Source of the DNA: an uncultured Gammaproteobacteria bacterium
GTDB lineage: Bacteria; Pseudomonadota; Gammaproteobacteria; SZUA-140
Assembly: GCA_945787155.1 (NCBI GenBank)
Contig: CALZHD010000001.1
Coordinates: 16,817-80,816, forward strand
Direction of reading: 5' to 3'
DNA length: 64,000 nucleotides
A program made the translations under genes and the position numbers. Below are positions 60,481-64,000 of this stretch, piece by piece (positions within the stretch are counted from its first letter, which is position 1; every line of letters begins with the position of its first letter). The notes beneath the pieces were generated by a model. That model was not told where the DNA came from. It saw nothing but the letters and a program-made list of their open reading frames with translations, and did not search any database.

Positions 60481-60506
60481 CAGGCGTTCCACCAGCTGAT
60501 CAACGG

Positions 60507-60929
60507 CTATTGCTGCTCGTACAGCTCACGAATACCTTCGAGGCGACGACGGTTGGCACCAAAATCATAATAGCCACTGCGCGATGCCGATCGCATCTGA
60601 ATCAACTCTTTTTCATCATCAAAAAAGAAGGTTACATCATCGATAAAACGCAATATCGAACTCGTTACCTTTACCCGCAATAAGGATCGGGTGTCTTCAA
60701 TGATCTCGGTATTGTCTAACTGCGACAGCGCCGCCAACAAACGCAAGCGTGCCGTGGCGCGATCACCCCCATAGCTCATCGGTGCAATCCGGTGGTCATC
60801 ATCAGTGGCCAACGATGAGACGCAGTTGGGGCTCTCCGGGCATGGTTCTAGTCTGTCATCTGCCATAATATTCGTAGCGGCACACCATAATAAAATTATC
60901 AGACAAGAGCGTAACGGCAATAACCTCAT
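60507..60929 (-). CDS. DUF1499 family exported protein
   Basis: Signal peptide; [33 protein letters not shown]. Confidence 0.85.
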   Translation of the reverse strand: MRLLPLRSCLIILLWCAATNIMADDRLEPCPESPNCVSSLATDDDHRIAPMSYGGDRATARLRLLAALSQLDNTEIIEDTRSLLRVKVTSSILRFIDDVTFFFDDEKELIQMRSASRSGYYDFGANRRRLEGIRELYEQQ

Positions 60930-61423
60930 TGCTGCCAGTTCATCACAGGAATAGTTGAAATACTATTTTTAGGCGAGCCATCGACCAGCTTGTCACTGTA
61001 ACTCAAATAGATCAACGTTTTGCGTTTAGCATCATAAAATCGTACCACTTGCAGTGATTTAAACAGGATCGATGTGCTCTTCTTAAATACCTCCTGACCA
61101 TTAAACTCACCCGATCTGACCCTGCTCGGCAGAGTAATCGCGCCTGTCTGTCGACAGGCGATCGAGGCATCGGAGGTATCTTCAGCAAGTCCCAAAGAAC
61201 CGCTCATACCCCCCGTTCTGGCGCGACTCAGGTGACAGGTCGCTCCGGGGATCAATGGGTCATCAAACGCCTCCACCACAATCGTGTCATTGGCCCCCAT
61301 CAATTTGAATTTAGTACTGACGCTACCAATCTCCTCGGCATATAGCGATTGTGACAACATCACTGATAAAACCGTCACCAGTGCCATCATAAAAAATCGA
61401 CCATTAATATGAAAATAGCTCAT
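60926..61423 (-). CDS. creA: CreA family protein
   Basis: [38 protein letters not shown]. Confidence 0.9.
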   Translation of the reverse strand: MSYFHINGRFFMMALVTVLSVMLSQSLYAEEIGSVSTKFKLMGANDTIVVEAFDDPLIPGATCHLSRARTGGMSGSLGLAEDTSDASIACRQTGAITLPSRVRSGEFNGQEVFKKSTSILFKSLQVVRFYDAKRKTLIYLSYSDKLVDGSPKNSISTIPVMNWQQ

Positions 61424-61537
61424 TTTTCCCAACCTTACGTAAAAACATTTGCGTTCAATAGTGGGATTCTATCCCACAAAGCTAAAGGGTGACAGTCAAT
61501 CTGCCGCTCAATTAAATAGATAGGTCAAAAACAGCAG

Positions 61538-61990
61538 ATGGAGACCTTGGCAATGATAAAACGATTGAAAGATATACCGGTCTACTCAAGCGCTCAAACC
61601 ACCATTGAGTCTGAGCTCTTCAACACCATCCGTATTGCCACACAACGTCTGGCACTGCCGATACGGCTCTCACTGCCGCGCTTCCAATATGTCGATATCA
61701 TCATTGATCACGATTCATGGGCCTGCGTCGATAGAAGCCTTAATGACCTGCCCATCATCTCATGGACAAAATTTGAAATCGCAACCCGCTCAACACTGCA
61801 TCTACCGGTGGAGTGCCTAATTTCCAATTACCACTTTCAGTCAACACAGGTAGCCGTAGGGGCGTTGGCTTTCACCAAAATGGCACTGGAAAGAAAACTA
61901 TCAGCACTTACAACCATTGACCCACAACAAAAGATGTCAGCTAACATCAGCCAGCTATATTGCCAGTTACCACGTACCTCTCTGAAATAA
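61538..61990 (+). CDS. Hypothetical protein
   Basis: 150-aa ORF filling the gap between annotated genes; WACVDRSLNDLPIISW and LHLPVEC motifs look conserved but are unassigned. Confidence 0.65.
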   Translation: METLAMIKRLKDIPVYSSAQTTIESELFNTIRIATQRLALPIRLSLPRFQYVDIIIDHDSWACVDRSLNDLPIISWTKFEIATRSTLHLPVECLISNYHFQSTQVAVGALAFTKMALERKLSALTTIDPQQKMSANISQLYCQLPRTSLK

Positions 61991-62065
61991 ACACGCCTGC
62001 ACCTAACCAGAGTCTTTTATCAATGAGGTATACTGCCCGTATTAATTAATGCGGGAGAGACCACA

Positions 62066-62497
62066 TTGAACTACTACGCCATCATCATTGGTGCTTTTAT
62101 CGTCGTCGGTTTGATCATCACTGCCTTTGGCTGGCGCGCCTTTCAAAGAGGCAAGGCTACCGCACAATGGCCATCTGTCAGCGGCGAGATCAGCGCAGCC
62201 CGCCTCGCATCTGATGAAAATGACCTGTTACCCGACATCCGTTTTAGCTATTCCATTGATTCAAACCATCATGAAGGCCGGGTTGAATTCCCCCCGGGTA
62301 CCATGCCGATGCCAGGCTTTGCCAGCAATCAACTCGAAAAATATCCGCTGGGCAGCAAGGTAACGGTCTACTACAACCCCCAGCGGCCAGATCAAGCGAC
62401 GCTGGAACCAGGACGCGCCAATGATGATTGGCTGGTGCTGGCCACAGGCATCGGCTTCACCGCAATCGGCCTCCTCGCAATGTTTTTCAGCGGTTAA
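62066..62497 (+). CDS. DUF3592 family membrane protein
   Basis: N- and C-terminal TM segments; WPSVSGEI, YPLGSKVTVYYNP..P.QATLE; TTG start after GGAG. Confidence 0.8.
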   Translation: MNYYAIIIGAFIVVGLIITAFGWRAFQRGKATAQWPSVSGEISAARLASDENDLLPDIRFSYSIDSNHHEGRVEFPPGTMPMPGFASNQLEKYPLGSKVTVYYNPQRPDQATLEPGRANDDWLVLATGIGFTAIGLLAMFFSG

Positions 62498-62618
62498 ATT
62501 AAGGAGAACACAGCGTGACTGGGCGAAGTACATAGCGCCTTCTTTTTCTCTTCAAATGAAAACTGGACTCATTTGTCACCGCCCCCTTTTTTCCTTTTTT
62601 CCGTTTGACAGGATCTGG

Positions 62619-64000
62619 CTAATGGGCGACCCGCTCAAGGGCAAGTCTGCTGAATAAAAACTCAGTCATCTCATCGGAAGGAATGGGTCTCGAGTAATAA
62701 TAGCCCTGGAAGAAATCGCAACCACTCTCCATCAGCATGTCAATTTGCGCCTTTGTCTCAACACCCTCTGCAATGATCTCAAGATCAAGACTCTGTGCCA
62801 GCACTATTACAGCCCTCGAGATAGCCGCGTCTTCGATATTATCCGGCAACTCTTTAACAAAAGATTGATCTATCTTGAGCTTGGAGATTGGCAATTTCTT
62901 TAGATATGAGAGGGAGGAATAACCTGTCCCAAAGTCATCAAGTGACAATTTAATTCCTAACTCGTTAACTTTATCCAATATCTTTATTGATTTTTCTGGA
63001 TCCTCCATCACCTGCCCTTCAGTCACTTCAAACTCGATCCAGGAGGGGTCACAATCGCTGATCGCCATATATTTATTCATGGCACTGAGAAAGTCTTTTT
63101 GATGAAGCTGTTTCATAGAAAGGTTTAATGACAATGTGCCTGGGCTCAGGCCCTTTCTATACCAGGCCACCAGCTGCCTCATAGATGTCTTAATAACAAT
63201 ACGATCTATCTCAACCATTAGCCCGGTCAATTCTGCGACAGGAATAAATGCACCAGGAAAAATCAACCCCTCTGATGGGCTATTCCAGCGAACAAGCGCC
63301 TCCACTCCAACAAGCTCATTTGTTCTTGCATTAATCTGCGGCTGATAGTAAACACAAAACTCGTCATTATTCAGTGCGTCTCGCAGACTTGCTTCCATCT
63401 TCACTCTTTCAAAGGCTTGAGCAGTCATTTCAGCGGAATAATATTGGAAATTATTTCTACCCTCCCGCTTCGCTTTATACATTGCCGCATCAGCATTCTT
63501 AAGCAAGTCGTTGGAAGTCTCTCCATCATCTGGATATATACTTATACCAATGCTACCTCCAACATGCAGCGCGTAACCTTCAATGTTAATTGGTTTTGCG
63601 ATAGCCTCTAGAACCTTTGCCGCCAGCAAGGATGCATCATGCTCTCGCGGCACACCCTCCATCAAAACAGTAAACTCATCACCACCTAAACGCGCTAAAG
63701 TATCTTCTGCGCGTATTGTTTGATTTAATCTCCGGGTCACAACTTTCAGAACTCTGTCACCAACTCTATGACCAAGCGAATCGTTAATCTCCTTGAAACG
63801 GTCAAGATCAATAAAAAGAAGAGCCATTTGGGCATGATCCCGTTGAGACTTCACGATACCTTGATCAAGCCGATCATCAAAAAGCACACGGTTAGCTAAT
63901 CCGGTTAATGAGTCATGATTAGCATGATAATGTAGTTCATCTGCCTGCTTACGTAATCTTTCTTGTTGTTCCATCTGAGTGGTCACATCAGTATTGAAAC
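62619..64000 (-). CDS. GGDEF-EAL diguanylate cyclase/phosphodiesterase (5' part outside the window)
   Basis: DSLTGLANR, RAED-x5-GGDEF, EALVRW, DDFGTGYSS, AEGVET; frame open to the window edge. Confidence 0.92.
   Translation of the reverse strand, partial: FNTDVTTQMEQQERLRKQADELHYHANHDSLTGLANRVLFDDRLDQGIVKSQRDHAQMALLFIDLDRFKEINDSLGHRVGDRVLKVVTRRLNQTIRAEDTLARLGGDEFTVLMEGVPREHDASLLAAKVLEAIAKPINIEGYALHVGGSIGISIYPDDGETSNDLLKNADAAMYKAKREGRNNFQYYSAEMTAQAFERVKMEASLRDALNNDEFCVYYQPQINARTNELVGVEALVRWNSPSEGLIFPGAFIPVAELTGLMVEIDRIVIKTSMRQLVAWYRKGLSPGTLSLNLSMKQLHQKDFLSAMNKYMAISDCDPSWIEFEVTEGQVMEDPEKSIKILDKVNELGIKLSLDDFGTGYSSLSYLKKLPISKLKIDQSFVKELPDNIEDAAISRAVIVLAQSLDLEIIAEGVETKAQIDMLMESGCDFFQGYYYSRPIPSDEMTEFLFSRLALERVAH

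Overview
Chromosomal window from a motile, roughly 50% GC gammaproteobacterium (Chromatiales/Sedimenticola-like by gene order; inferred). 2.3-19.9 kb is a polar-type flagellar cluster on the minus strand (fliC-flaG-fliD-fliS-fliT-PilZ-like-fleQ-fleS-fleR-fliEFGHIJK) with readable sigma54, sigma28 and sigma70 promoters. Divergent from fliC, behind its own sigma28-like promoter, is a 1482-aa TPR protein with two tandem GT41 (O-GlcNAc transferase/SPINDLY-like) modules, a candidate flagellin glycosylation enzyme. Next come ligA, a PilZ protein and a lexA-dinB cassette. That LexA has an alphaproteobacterial-like recognition helix, and a perfect GTTC-N7-GTTC box lies in its promoter spacer. Then follow a RoxA-like di-heme lipoprotein convergent with a cytochrome P450, a FimW-like protein, purEK, an ERIC-like MITE and a cation:proton antiporter. 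The conserved hrcA-grpE-dnaK-dnaJ-dapB-carA-carB-greA block (perfect CIRCE plus sigma32-like promoters) is divergent from nadK-recN. The end holds small conserved genes and a 5'-truncated GGDEF-EAL gene. Three genes appear decayed (selO, a DUF211-like remnant and a hypothetical). I saw no tRNA, rRNA, CRISPR array, transposase or prophage. All family assignments come from motif recognition, not database searches.
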